Below the pieces are notes generated by a model. That model had not been told where the DNA came from. It searched no databases and worked only from the letters and a program-made list of their open reading frames with translations. Source: an archaeon (GTDB taxonomy: Archaea; SpSt-1190; DYHY01). Taken from it: 64,000 nt of DNA. Shown here piece by piece: positions 8,605 to 18,276 of the stretch (the first letter of the stretch is position 1; each line of letters begins with the position of its first letter). A program made the position numbers and the translations under genes. The DNA is taken from positions 17,561 to 81,560 of the forward strand of contig JBBIPP010000006.1 in assembly GCA_037442745.1 (NCBI GenBank), read 5' to 3'.

Positions 8605-8973
8605 CTAGGCCCCACATCCCTTGCAAATTCCCCTGACGGAGAGGTTCAGGGAAATCGTTCTCCCGAGGTTTTCCGGAACGGAGGGCTTTTTCGATGGGAA
8701 ATCAAATATTTCCTCGCACTTGACGCATTCAAAGTGGGCGTGGTAGTTCCCGGGCTTTTCAAAAAACGAGATTCCGTAGTGATCAGTTGAGGAAAGTATC
8801 CCGTCTTCAGAGAGGTGCTTTAGGTTCCGATAGACTGTCCCTAGGCTTATCTCGGGTATTTTCTTCTTAACAATTGAGTATACTTCGTCCGCCTTCAGAT
8901 GCCTCTTTGCGGAGAGGACAGCCTTTATTATCTCCTTTTTCTTTGAGGTGTTCCTGTGGAAAGAATTTTCCAT
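8605..8973 (-). CDS. Fur/PerR-family metal-dependent transcriptional repressor
   Basis: HLKADEVY...ISLGTVYRNL, HAHFECVKC and CKGC Zn ligands; start assigned to ATG 8973, ~25 nt below TATA. Confidence 0.92.
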   Translation of the reverse strand: MENSFHRNTSKKKEIIKAVLSAKRHLKADEVYSIVKKKIPEISLGTVYRNLKHLSEDGILSSTDHYGISFFEKPGNYHAHFECVKCEEIFDFPSKKPSVPENLGRTISLNLSVRGICKGCGA

Positions 8974-8981
8974 GGTGCTAT

Positions 8982-8996
8982 TGATAATTATTACCA
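8982..8996. promoter_or_regulatory. Putative Fur-box operator TGATAAT-T-ATTACCA
   Basis: 14/15 match to the 7-1-7 inverted repeat TGATAATnATTATCA; lies between TATA and the fur start codon. Confidence 0.75.
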
Positions 8997-9010
8997 TTTA
9001 TAAGCCTTTC
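8997..9010 (-). promoter_or_regulatory. Archaeal BRE-TATA promoter of the fur-cbiMNQO operon
   Basis: Minus strand GAAAGGC-TTATAAA, ~25 nt upstream of ATG 8973. Confidence 0.7.
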
Positions 9011-9075
9011 TCTGTTTGAACATCTCCCTAGAAAACCTTATATATTAAATGTGCAACATTTTCGCACAGGAAGTG

Positions 9076-9348
9076 ATGAAAATGCAGATACAAGAACAAC
9101 TGCAGGAAAAGGTTCCCCAGCTAATTGACATTGACAAAATAATCAGGCTTGATTTCCCGGGGGAAATAATAGAGCAGATAAAATATGAAAACGGACTTGT
9201 CGCAATTTCAACTTCGAGGGGCGAGGATTGGAGGATATTTCGGGCTTTTGGAGTCAGGGATGCGTCGATTTCTGGACCGATTGCATACCAGGATTCTTCG
9301 GGAGCAAAAATAATCTTTCGGATTGAAAAAACCGGGGGGCAGGGCTAG
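9076..9348 (+). CDS. Hypothetical protein
   Basis: ORF preceded by TTATATATTAA TATA-like element at ~9038. Confidence 0.55.
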   Translation: MKMQIQEQLQEKVPQLIDIDKIIRLDFPGEIIEQIKYENGLVAISTSRGEDWRIFRAFGVRDASISGPIAYQDSSGAKIIFRIEKTGGQG

Positions 9349-12300
9349 CGGATTTCCCCGAAAAGGGAATCCCCTTTCAGTTCCTTGGATTTCCGGCGGT
9401 TCCTGGATTTCCCGGCAAATATTATTCCTGCGGCAAGTGCTATTGAAAAGAGGGCAACCCCTATTTTCAGGGCGCGATTTCCTGAGGCTGTTCTGACGCT
9501 TGCGTCATTCTCCGAGAGGATTGCGGAATAGTGTCCTAGGAAATAGCCGTCAAGCAGGCGGTTCTCAACAACCGCCTTTTTGGCCTTTTCGAGATAGAGT
9601 ATTCCGGCAGTGCTCTTTTCCCCGAGCCTGTCAGCGTTCGATACTGCTTCGTGCGCCTGCCTTGCAAGCTCGCTTGACGGGGCGATTTCTCCCGACGCAG
9701 CGACAACCGAGTTTATTATTGCTCCGTATTCGGACGGAATGGGCGTCTCGGGGAGTTTCAGCCTCCTTCCGGAAAAAAGGGTGCGCGTGCGGTTCCCGAC
9801 CTTCCTTTCGACAGCGGAGACAATTTTCCCGGTTATTTCCGGTCCTAGCACGCTTTCCGAGAACTCTGAGTGGGCCCAGAGCGCCGCAGATTCGATTGCC
9901 AAGTCAGCCCTCGTTGACGCTCTTTCTATTTCTTCCTCTGCTTCGGAGAGAGTTGTTTCATTGCAGTCCCGCTCAGCTTCTGAAACTAGGAGTGCTGCCT
10001 TTGACAGGTCGGGCGCATCCTCAAAGTTCCCGAACGGGAATTTTTTCCGGAGAATCCGGAGTCCTTCAGTCCTCGATTTTAGTGCCGAAATTGCGCGCCT
10101 GTCTGAGATTGCGGAGGAGGATATTTCCAGGCAGACCTCTTTTTCCCGTGCTTCCCTCTCGGAGAGTATAAGGGCGTCCGAAAGAAGGAGAGCTTCCCTA
10201 AACGAGTTCCTGCAGGCAAGCTTTGAGACCTTCTCCCTGTTCGGCGCAAGGGAGAGGAGGAGATAGTTATCAATTGTCTTTGGGAGCGAATTTACGGCCT
10301 CTGCCTGCTTCTCCTTCGGAAGGGAATTGAAGCGTCCCTCAAGTCCGCAACAGAAAGGACAGTCGGGTGGCAGGTATTCGGAAGCTCCGGAGAATGAGAC
10401 TTCGACACTTTTCGCCTCCCCTGGAGACAAGTCAACCTCGTAGAAAGAGATGCCCTCGGCCGAAGGGTATGTTTCCACCCCTCCTACGAATATTTTGGAT
10501 GAGTTCTTCGGAAGGGCGAAGAAAATTTTTGCGTTCTTAAGAGGGATTCCTAGGAGGTTCCTTGCGGAAAGTGTCGCCTTCCCGGGAGCTCCGAACAGGA
10601 GGGAAACCTCGATTGGGTTTGAGTATTTTACCCTAGCTTCAATTGTCTTCCCCGAGTCAGAGCAGTTTGCAAGGACAAAAACACTTCCTTTATCAGAAAA
10701 GAATCCGGCGCCTTCGACGGAAACCCTGTCCTCTGGGAGGACGAGGCCAGTATTAATTGCAATTTCCCGGGATGTCGGGATCTCGTTGCAGTCCAGGGAA
10801 TATTTCCTGACGGCGGAATATTCTTCGGAAGTGGTTGCTTCGGAGGAATAAGTCTCTCTGCTTTCCGCAACAATCCCGAGGCTACGCTCGAAGAGGAAAT
10901 TTGCAGTGTCGCGAGAGGTTTCGCATTCGAATGAGAAGTCTATTGTCCGGGGGCCGGCCTGGCTTGATGAAATTGCGCAACCTCCGACAGCCCAAAGTTC
11001 CCGAAGATGGGCAGGGGAATATTTTCCTGTTCGGGCAGAGAAGGCGGAAAAAAACGTCTCTCTTGAAACTTGCTTGCCGAAAAATCCTTCCGGTGGCCTG
11101 ACATCGCCATATATTCTTGAATAAATTTCCCTGTTGGAAACTAGCGGACGGACGAGTTCCTCTGAGAAGGAGAACTTCCAAGTTGAGGGGGAAAGTGAAA
11201 TTGCCCGAGAATATTCCCGCTCGGCAAGGGAGAGGAACCCCCAAGCATTTTTGGCCGAAATCCATCCGTTCGAGGCGAGGAATTCGTATTTCCTTATTGA
11301 CTCGAGAATTCCCTCGTCCTCCCCCGCAATAAGTCGGGCCTGCCAGCGCAGGCCGTTGACTCTTGCCTCGTATTCCTCGGAGAGAGCAAGCAGGAGCGCT
11401 TCGTTCGTCGGGGAACTGGCGCATTTCTCGGGAGAGAGCCCTTCCCCCTCGCGCTCAATGCCATTGATTGAGAACTCCGGAAATTTCGTTCCCCTGGGCG
11501 CGCACGCAACCTCAAAAAGCCCCATGAATTGGCCCCTTTCGTTCTCTACAAGAGCCTGTTTTGACAGAATCCGAAGGCCTGCCGGGAGATATAGGAATTC
11601 CCTGAGCTTGTCCTCAGGAACAAGTTCATCGAGGTTTCGCTCAATCATGGACGAATGTCTGATTGCGCTCTCAAGAGCCTGCTTGGCTGAGAGGAGTTCG
11701 GCGCGCAATTCATCCAATGAAATAATCCGCTCTCCCAAGCTCTTTCCTGAAAGGGAGCTTATGCCATCTGAAAACCTATGTAGCGCCCTCTCGGAAAGGG
11801 CGATTCTCTCCGAAATGTTTCCGGATTCGTAAAATGAAGCCTCCGACTCCCCAAAACCTCTCGAAATTCCGAATTGGAGAATTGCGGGTATTTCTCCAAG
11901 GCGCTCAGATCTAGCTTCAGAGAGGAGTTTTTCGACCTGCCTCGAGAGGAGAAAGGAATCCTCGAGTTTCTCGGCATATATTTTCTCTGCCTTGAGATAG
12001 AGCTCGGAATATTCTGAATATCTCCAGAGGGCGGAGGAAATCCGCTCGCCCCGGTTTTTGTCCCAGAAATAGCCGAAATCTGGGAGATATGCGCGCAAGG
12101 AGGTTATGTTGTTAGAAACTGTGGCCTCGCAGTCAGTTGCAAGGACGCAGGAAACTGGGTTCCCGGCGCAGGCAATGTTAAGAAGAGCCCAGCCCGGGGA
12201 GGAGCATTCGAAAAGGGACCAGTTGGCGAGAGCTGAGCAGTTCGTCCTGAATATGTAGCTCGCATGGAGGTTCTCGGAAAATCCTCGGAATGCGGAATAG

Positions 12301-12914
12301 TAAGAGATTATTTGGGAATGGAAAAGCCTTGCATCTGACAAGTCCCTCTCTATTTCCCGTGACTGCCTTGAAAGGGAGAGCGTGGAGTGTATTGAGAGAA
12401 AAGTCTCTCCTTTTCCGGATTCTCCGACAAGGCCGGATATTTTTTTCAGGCCAAGTGAATCAATTTCCGAAAGTATTGCATCATCCAAATCCCGAGCGGA
12501 AGAAAGAGCCTGGGAATATTTGAGGACTGCCGCCTCTGCGTTGTTTATTGAGGAAAACCCAGTCCAGATGTCTCGGGAATTCGAATAGTCTAGGGCGTTT
12601 TTCCAGTCCGCTCTAAGGTCTGCCAGGTGGAAGGATAGCCTCCTGCATTCCGAATAACTCTCAAAGGGAACTCCTGTTCCGCACTCTCCCCTTATTTCGT
12701 ATGCTGGAAATGTATGAAGAGAGGTTATTCCCGCTCCTGAAATGTCGGAGCCAAGCCTTGCCGGAAGGGTCCTTTTGGCAAAACACCAAACATATTCGTT
12801 TTCGTTCGGAAAGGGCGAGAACCCGGGGCCTGCCATTAGGGTCTGGGCCAAAAAAACGGCGAGAATGAGAAGCCATGGCAAATTTCCAGGTTTCACCCCC
12901 ATTTTCAGTGACAA
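9345..12914 (-). CDS. Large secreted, C-terminally membrane-anchored surface protein (1189 aa)
   Basis: N-terminal hydrophobic signal; Cys pairs; helical and beta-rich regions; C-terminal TM followed by basic tail RNRRKSK. Confidence 0.8.
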   Translation of the reverse strand: MSLKMGVKPGNLPWLLILAVFLAQTLMAGPGFSPFPNENEYVWCFAKRTLPARLGSDISGAGITSLHTFPAYEIRGECGTGVPFESYSECRRLSFHLADLRADWKNALDYSNSRDIWTGFSSINNAEAAVLKYSQALSSARDLDDAILSEIDSLGLKKISGLVGESGKGETFLSIHSTLSLSRQSREIERDLSDARLFHSQIISYYSAFRGFSENLHASYIFRTNCSALANWSLFECSSPGWALLNIACAGNPVSCVLATDCEATVSNNITSLRAYLPDFGYFWDKNRGERISSALWRYSEYSELYLKAEKIYAEKLEDSFLLSRQVEKLLSEARSERLGEIPAILQFGISRGFGESEASFYESGNISERIALSERALHRFSDGISSLSGKSLGERIISLDELRAELLSAKQALESAIRHSSMIERNLDELVPEDKLREFLYLPAGLRILSKQALVENERGQFMGLFEVACAPRGTKFPEFSINGIEREGEGLSPEKCASSPTNEALLLALSEEYEARVNGLRWQARLIAGEDEGILESIRKYEFLASNGWISAKNAWGFLSLAEREYSRAISLSPSTWKFSFSEELVRPLVSNREIYSRIYGDVRPPEGFFGKQVSRETFFSAFSARTGKYSPAHLRELWAVGGCAISSSQAGPRTIDFSFECETSRDTANFLFERSLGIVAESRETYSSEATTSEEYSAVRKYSLDCNEIPTSREIAINTGLVLPEDRVSVEGAGFFSDKGSVFVLANCSDSGKTIEARVKYSNPIEVSLLFGAPGKATLSARNLLGIPLKNAKIFFALPKNSSKIFVGGVETYPSAEGISFYEVDLSPGEAKSVEVSFSGASEYLPPDCPFCCGLEGRFNSLPKEKQAEAVNSLPKTIDNYLLLSLAPNREKVSKLACRNSFREALLLSDALILSEREAREKEVCLEISSSAISDRRAISALKSRTEGLRILRKKFPFGNFEDAPDLSKAALLVSEAERDCNETTLSEAEEEIERASTRADLAIESAALWAHSEFSESVLGPEITGKIVSAVERKVGNRTRTLFSGRRLKLPETPIPSEYGAIINSVVAASGEIAPSSELARQAHEAVSNADRLGEKSTAGILYLEKAKKAVVENRLLDGYFLGHYSAILSENDASVRTASGNRALKIGVALFSIALAAGIIFAGKSRNRRKSKELKGDSLFGEIR

Positions 12915-12935
12915 TCCCAGCGTTTGTTTTTAATG

Positions 12936-13457
12936 CTATTTCCGGGATTCGGCCGTCCTTTCCAAGGAGCATAAAGGCTCTCCCAAAAGGGCGACAAAAC
13001 AGCTCCTCTCCTCTCCTCCGCCAATGAATGCAGTTGTCCTGTTTCCTCCGACGGGAATTGAAAAGCCGTTCCCGCCTGTTGAAAATGAGAAATGCCTAAT
13101 TCCGAGGCTCGCTGGTTCAGTTGCCCTTGCGGAGACTGAGAGTTCTGGTGTTCCCGAAAAACTCTCCCCTAGCTCGTTTTCCCAGAAGACTCTCCAGGAA
13201 GCCACGTTCGCTTTCGAGAGGAGATAAAGCTCGTCTGATTTGCAGTCGGCGCAGGATTCCGCAGTCTCGGCCAGAGTCTGCCAGAAAGTTTCCTCAACGT
13301 TTCGCGAGAGATAGAGTGATCTTTTGTTCTCAATTGCAATTACCGCGGATGATATCATGTCCCGCCCGTAGGAATCCAGCCTGTATGCGACGAGAATAAG
13401 GGCCGTGGCAAGGACGAACGCCGATGCTGTTGAAAGGATAGCCCTCCTGCCAGACAT
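12936..13457 (-). CDS. Pilin-like membrane protein (class III signal peptide-like)
   Basis: MSGRRA|ILSTASAFVLATALILVAY; start reassigned to ATG 13457 to avoid overlap. Confidence 0.6.
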   Translation of the reverse strand: MSGRRAILSTASAFVLATALILVAYRLDSYGRDMISSAVIAIENKRSLYLSRNVEETFWQTLAETAESCADCKSDELYLLSKANVASWRVFWENELGESFSGTPELSVSARATEPASLGIRHFSFSTGGNGFSIPVGGNRTTAFIGGGEERSCFVALLGEPLCSLERTAESRK

Positions 13458-13461
13458 TTGT

Positions 13462-13881
13462 TCAGCCGTCCTCTTTTTCTGCGCAGAGTGTCGCCTTTCG
13501 GAATTGAACAGTCCCGAGAAGGGTTCTTTGGACGAAGAACCGCTCAGAACATAGCTCCCTTTCTCTGCAGGATGGCCTATACATCGGGGTCCCATCGAGG
13601 AAGAGGCAGAGATTTTGCCCGGTCTCCACTTCAATTCTTGAGAGAGTCTCGGAATAAAAGGAAGCTCCTTCGGGCTCGGCCAGTGAAGAAAGCTTCCCGT
13701 CTGCCTCGAGGGATGAGAGAACATCTTCCAAGAGGTCGGCTTTCGATATTGTCAGGAGATTCTCCCTGAAAGAATCCTGGCTTTCCATGGATACTGCGAC
13801 TGCGGCAAACCCGAACAGGATTAGGGCGAGGAATGCATCGAAAGAAAAGAGGAAAGATTTTCTCCGCCAGTTTCCTGCCAT
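13462..13881 (-). CDS. Pilin-like membrane protein (class III signal peptide-like)
   Basis: MAGNWRRKS|FLFSFDAFLALILFGF; basic leader then hydrophobic helix. Confidence 0.65.
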   Translation of the reverse strand: MAGNWRRKSFLFSFDAFLALILFGFAAVAVSMESQDSFRENLLTISKADLLEDVLSSLEADGKLSSLAEPEGASFYSETLSRIEVETGQNLCLFLDGTPMYRPSCRERELCSERFFVQRTLLGTVQFRKATLCAEKEDG

Positions 13882-14045
13882 TTTTCCTTGGAAAAATCTC
13901 GGCGCTTCTTTAAATTTTTCCGACAAAATTGGGCAATGGCAGTCCTGTGGTTTCGCGCGCTGAGGCTGAGCCAATTTCGGCTTCAACCCAATTCATTGGC
14001 AAAGTCCAGCGCAATGCCAAAACTCAACGAGAAATAAAATGCGCG

Positions 14046-14133
14046 TGGCGCTGAGGATGGGATTCGAACCCATGCATCCCGTAAGGGAAACCAGCTTTCC
14101 AGACTGGCGCGTTAACCGCTTCGCTACCTCAGC
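14046..14133 (-). tRNA. tRNA-Ser(GGA), intronless, CCA encoded
   Basis: GCTGAGG/CCTCAGC acceptor stem, anticodon loop CT-GGA-AA, long variable arm, GGTTCGAATCC T-arm, G73-CCA. Confidence 0.96.
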
Positions 14134-14324
14134 AGGCTTTCCGGTGAAACTGGCGTTGCTTTATAAAAAAGAGGTATTTTCTTTTTCCCGGTCCGTCCTT
14201 GGAACGGACAAAAGGAGGGGTCGGGAAGAACCTCAAACTGGGGGGCGACAGCCCCGCGGTTCGGACCTCAGCAAAACCCCCGGTTGTCGAAAGTTTATAA
14301 GTCAAACTGTTTTTCCCGCTTTCA

Positions 14325-16079
14325 ATGGATATTGGGGAAACAATACTCAAGCATGCGTTGAACAACGCCCGGTCTTTCGGCGGAAAAGCGAATTCCGGGG
14401 CGGTGATTGGCAAGATTCTGGCGGAAATCCCGGAAGCTAGGGAGAAAATGGGTGAAATCGGAAAGCTTGTCTCAAAAACAATCTCGGAGGTCAACTCAAT
14501 GTCAATTGATGAGCAGGCGAAGATTCTATCTGAGAAATTTTCAGGCTTTATTGAGGAAAGGGAGATGGCAATGAACGAAAGGAGAAAAAAAGACGCGTCA
14601 GGCGAGAGGGAGCTTCCCCCCCTTCCGGGAGACACATCATCAGTCAGGATGAGGATGGCTCCCTACCCTTCAGGCCCCCTTCACATAGGTAACGCGAGAA
14701 TGGCAGTCCTCAATGACGAGTATGTGAAGAAATACAGGGGTAAGCTTGTCCTCTTCTTCGACGACACTGTCGGAACTGAAGGAGGTGGCATTGTCGAGAC
14801 CGCTACTGGAATGAGAAAAGTCCCGGAAAAGAGCATTCTTGTCGAGGCATATGACCTGATAACAAAAGGCCTGAAATGGCTCGGAGTGGAATGGCACGAG
14901 GAATATTACAAATCAGACAGGGTGGAAATCTTCTACAAGTATGCGAAAGAACTCCTTGACGCTGGGAACGCATATGTCTGCACTTGCGAGGGCGCGGTTT
15001 TCCGAACTGAATACAAGGCGAAGGGGATTGACTGCCCTTGTAGGAATCTCCCAATTTCAGAGAACATTGCCCGCTGGGGGAAAATGCTTGATGGGTCTTT
15101 CAAGTCTGGGGAAGCTGTTGTGCGCCTGAAGAGCGGAATGGACAACAAGAATCCTGCTCTCAGGGACCATGTTATTATGCGCATTACTGAAAGGGCGCAC
15201 CCAAGAGTCGGGACTAAATACAGGGTCTGGCCACTCCTAGAGTTCTCCTGGGGAATTGACGACCATTTGATAGAATCAACCCACATTCTCAGGGGAGCTG
15301 ACTTGGTGAAGGAAGACTGGGTGGAGGAGATTGTCTGGGATTTTTTCAGGTGGCCACGTGCGCATTTCCTCCATTACGGGAAATTCAGGCTTGAAGAAGG
15401 CGAAGGGACAATAAGCAAGTCGAAATCGAAGGAGAGAATAGTGTCAGGGGATTTCGTCGGCTGGGACGATCCGAGGACTTGGAGCCTCCAAAGCCTTGAG
15501 AGAAGGGGGATAAGGCCTGAGGCTGTCCGAAAATTCCTCCTCTCATTCGGCATGAGCATTGTCGATGTTGCGGTGGAGGCAGAAGTCCTCTACAGCATTA
15601 ACAGGGAAATTATTGACAAGGATGCAGAGAGATATTTCTTCGTTTCCGAACTCGCAAGGTTCGAGCTCGAAGAGGATTCTTCTGGCTCGGCTCCTCTCCA
15701 TCCGGACAGGCCGGAATTCGGGGAGAGGGCTTATTCTGTTCTCTCCGGAGAAACGGTTGCTGTCGAATCGGCCGATTCCCGCCTGTTCGAGGAAGGAAAA
15801 GCTGTGCGCCTGAAAGGTCTCGGAATTTTTGAAAAAGCGGGGACAGGCGAGCTTGTGAAAACGGAGAGAGCGCCCGATGCGACAATACACTTTGTCCAAC
15901 TGAAAAACTCTATTCCGACAAAGGTTCTCATGCCTGACGGCATTTGGCTCGAAGGACTTCTTGAGGAAGCTGGGAAAGCTATCAAGCCTGGGGAAATTGT
16001 CCAGCTTGAGCGCTTTGGATTTTGCAGGCTCGACAAGTGGGTTGACGGAAGGGCAGAGTTCTGGTTCGCGCACAAGTGA
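14325..16079 (+). CDS. gltX: Glutamyl-tRNA synthetase (archaeal type)
   Basis: RMAPYPSGPLHIGN, THILRG, ISKS, GWDDPRTW, VQLERFGFCRLD; TATA at 14294. Confidence 0.96.
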   Translation: MDIGETILKHALNNARSFGGKANSGAVIGKILAEIPEAREKMGEIGKLVSKTISEVNSMSIDEQAKILSEKFSGFIEEREMAMNERRKKDASGERELPPLPGDTSSVRMRMAPYPSGPLHIGNARMAVLNDEYVKKYRGKLVLFFDDTVGTEGGGIVETATGMRKVPEKSILVEAYDLITKGLKWLGVEWHEEYYKSDRVEIFYKYAKELLDAGNAYVCTCEGAVFRTEYKAKGIDCPCRNLPISENIARWGKMLDGSFKSGEAVVRLKSGMDNKNPALRDHVIMRITERAHPRVGTKYRVWPLLEFSWGIDDHLIESTHILRGADLVKEDWVEEIVWDFFRWPRAHFLHYGKFRLEEGEGTISKSKSKERIVSGDFVGWDDPRTWSLQSLERRGIRPEAVRKFLLSFGMSIVDVAVEAEVLYSINREIIDKDAERYFFVSELARFELEEDSSGSAPLHPDRPEFGERAYSVLSGETVAVESADSRLFEEGKAVRLKGLGIFEKAGTGELVKTERAPDATIHFVQLKNSIPTKVLMPDGIWLEGLLEEAGKAIKPGEIVQLERFGFCRLDKWVDGRAEFWFAHK

Positions 16080-16083
16080 ATTT

Positions 16084-16907
16084 TTAGATATCTATCTCAA
16101 AGGTCTCTAAGGGAGTGAAAAATTTCCGTTCATTTAGCACAACCCCTTCGTTAAAGAAAGTAAAATTCGGAAAAACTGAAAAGAAAACTTTCCTGCCTTT
16201 CTTCAGAAAATAGCAAGGGTGTATCCGGGCATTTGAGAACTTCCGAAACCTGTTTGCAGGATAGGCAAGTTTGTGCCAGCTCAAATCCAAACCTCCGGAA
16301 AGAAGGTTCTTTGCCTCGATTATTAAAATGTGATTTTCGGTGAAAATGGAGTAGTCTAACTCTTCTTGTCCATTATAATTGAATATTTTCTCGGCTTCTC
16401 CAGAATGCCTTCTAAAATAGACATCGAATTTAGAGGTCTTGTTGCCTCTCGGGCCGATGTAGTAGGTGGGTTCACCAGATATTCGAGAAACTATCTTAGA
16501 AAAGACGCCATTGAAGTGGAGTTGTTCTATTGAGGCATTTTCAATCAAATTTTCTTTGAAAGAGTTCGTAAAATTTTCGAATCCGCTCGGCAATTCCAAA
16601 GGTAGTTTGGTTGTTTTTTAAAATCCAAATCCAAATAAGGTCGAGGAAACTCTTTTTCTCTAAATACGACGAATTTTCCTCTTCCCGTCCGTATGACATA
16701 ATATCCTTTATCTTTTAGCTCACTACTCTGCTTGGAAAAAAAATCTATTGACAAAGAAGAGGCAGTTATTGTCCCACTTTTGTCTATTTTATCAAATATT
16801 TTTTCTCGTTTTAGGTATTCAACAAATCCACGTTCTTTCGAGAAACCGTTAGTTTCTATCTCATTTAAGAACTGTGTGTCCTCTAGAAGTTTAGCCCAAA
16901 TATCCAT
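16084..16907 (-). pseudogene. PD-(D/E)xK restriction-endonuclease-like gene split by a -1 frameshift
   Basis: Two overlapping ORFs (16545-16907, 16084-16599) joinable at an A6 run (plus-strand T 16614-16619); ELDY...ILIIEAK motif; AT-rich. Confidence 0.6.
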
Positions 16908-16947
16908 CTATATAGAGGAAAATGCCCTGAAATAAAATAGTTTATCC

Positions 16948-17751
16948 TCAGAACTTGTACATTGCCTTGGTCTTCCTCAGAATGTCCCCGTATGTGAACG
17001 CTATTGAAAGGGGGGTAATTGTGACGTGCTTTCTCTTGAAGAGGTTGTAATAGTCCCCGTCCTTTCCGGTCGGGAAATTCTCCTTTATCGCGGTCCAGTA
17101 ATACTCCTTTCCGAACGGGTCCTTTCTCTTTGAATATACGTTAATGAACCTCATCAGGTCTGGCTTGCAGTAGACTGCTTTGGTCTTGGAAGTGTAGTTG
17201 TCCGGGAAATTTATTGAGAGGACGTGCACCCCTTCCGGAAGGCCTTTCTCCCTCGCCTGCTTAATCACCTTGAAGCAGAAATCTTCAATGTCCCAGACTG
17301 CGGACGCTTTTTCCATTCTCCTCGAGTCAAACCACGCTTCCCTCGGAGCGTCCTGTGAGAATGCGATTGCCGGAATTCCGTAGAGCGCGGCCTCAAAGCA
17401 AGCTCCGATTGTCCCGGAGGAGAGTATTGATTGGACTGTCGAATTGTCCCCTACATTTATCCCGGAAACTACCAAGTCCAGCTTCCTCTTCTTCCCTGAG
17501 AAAAGGACGGAATTTCCGTAAATGAAGCAGTCGGCAGGGGTTCCTGACAGGGCATATGAATCGCATCCGTCAATCGGGGAGGCCTTGAAAACGCGGAGGG
17601 GCTTGTGGACTGTGAACGCTTTTCCCGTCCCGCTCCTCGGGGTCTCGGGGACCAAGGCAATTGTGTTCTTGTCCTGCCTTTTTGCCGCCCGAAAAAGTAT
17701 CTCGAGGTTCTTCGAGTTCCGGCCGTCGTCGTTTGTTACAAGTATTGACAT
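16948..17751 (-). CDS. surE: 5'/3'-nucleotidase SurE
   Basis: ILVTNDDG, GTPADC, VVSGINVGDN, SSGTIGA. Confidence 0.95.
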   Translation of the reverse strand: MSILVTNDDGRNSKNLEILFRAAKRQDKNTIALVPETPRSGTGKAFTVHKPLRVFKASPIDGCDSYALSGTPADCFIYGNSVLFSGKKRKLDLVVSGINVGDNSTVQSILSSGTIGACFEAALYGIPAIAFSQDAPREAWFDSRRMEKASAVWDIEDFCFKVIKQAREKGLPEGVHVLSINFPDNYTSKTKAVYCKPDLMRFINVYSKRKDPFGKEYYWTAIKENFPTGKDGDYYNLFKRKHVTITPLSIAFTYGDILRKTKAMYKF

Positions 17752-17869
17752 GTTTGGCCTGTCAGGGCAGAGATAATAAAGTTTTCTTCTTCCGTTTTCG
17801 CCCGGTTTTCCCCTCAAGAAAACCTTTTAAACCCCTGAAAGTTCTCCCCCCTAAAGGAAGTAATGACTG

Positions 17870-18250
17870 ATGGCGTCCGGAAAACAATTGTTTGCAAAGT
17901 ATGAAGTGCCAAAGGAACTATCCGAGAAGGCTCTCGAGGTTCTCGAAAAGGTGCGGATTGGCGGAAAGATAAAACGCGGAACGAACGAGGTCACGAAAAT
18001 GGTCGAGAGGGGCCAAGCCCTCCTGGTCGTTGTGGCAATGGATGTAGAGCCGGCAGAAGTAGTCGCCCACATCCCTCCGATATGCGAGGAAAAGGCTGTC
18101 CCGTTCGTTTTCGTTCCGGGAAAGGCTGATCTCGGAGCTGCGTCTGGAATCGAGGTCCCGACATCCGCAGTCGCGGTGGTGAAACCAGGAGACGCAAAAG
18201 CCCTAATTGACGATCTTGCAAATAAGATTTCCGAGTTCGTCAAGAAGTAG
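17870..18250 (+). CDS. rpl7ae: 50S ribosomal protein L7Ae
   Basis: KIKRGTNEVTKMVERG, DVEPAEVVAHIP, LGAASGI. Confidence 0.97.
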   Translation: MASGKQLFAKYEVPKELSEKALEVLEKVRIGGKIKRGTNEVTKMVERGQALLVVVAMDVEPAEVVAHIPPICEEKAVPFVFVPGKADLGAASGIEVPTSAVAVVKPGDAKALIDDLANKISEFVKK

Positions 18251-18276
18251 TTGGTTAGGAGTTCTGATTAGTCAAA

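Noticed and set aside
14170-14290. GC-rich hairpins between the divergent tRNA-Ser and gltX promoters (GTCCGT...ACGGAC; GGGG...CCCC) as ncRNA or riboswitch
   Set aside because: They lie upstream of both TATA boxes, so are probably untranscribed; stems are short and no SRP, RNase P or T-box motifs are recognisable.
14046-16907. tRNA-Ser as an integration site for a genomic island
   Set aside because: No duplicated tRNA 3' end and no integrase were found in the window.
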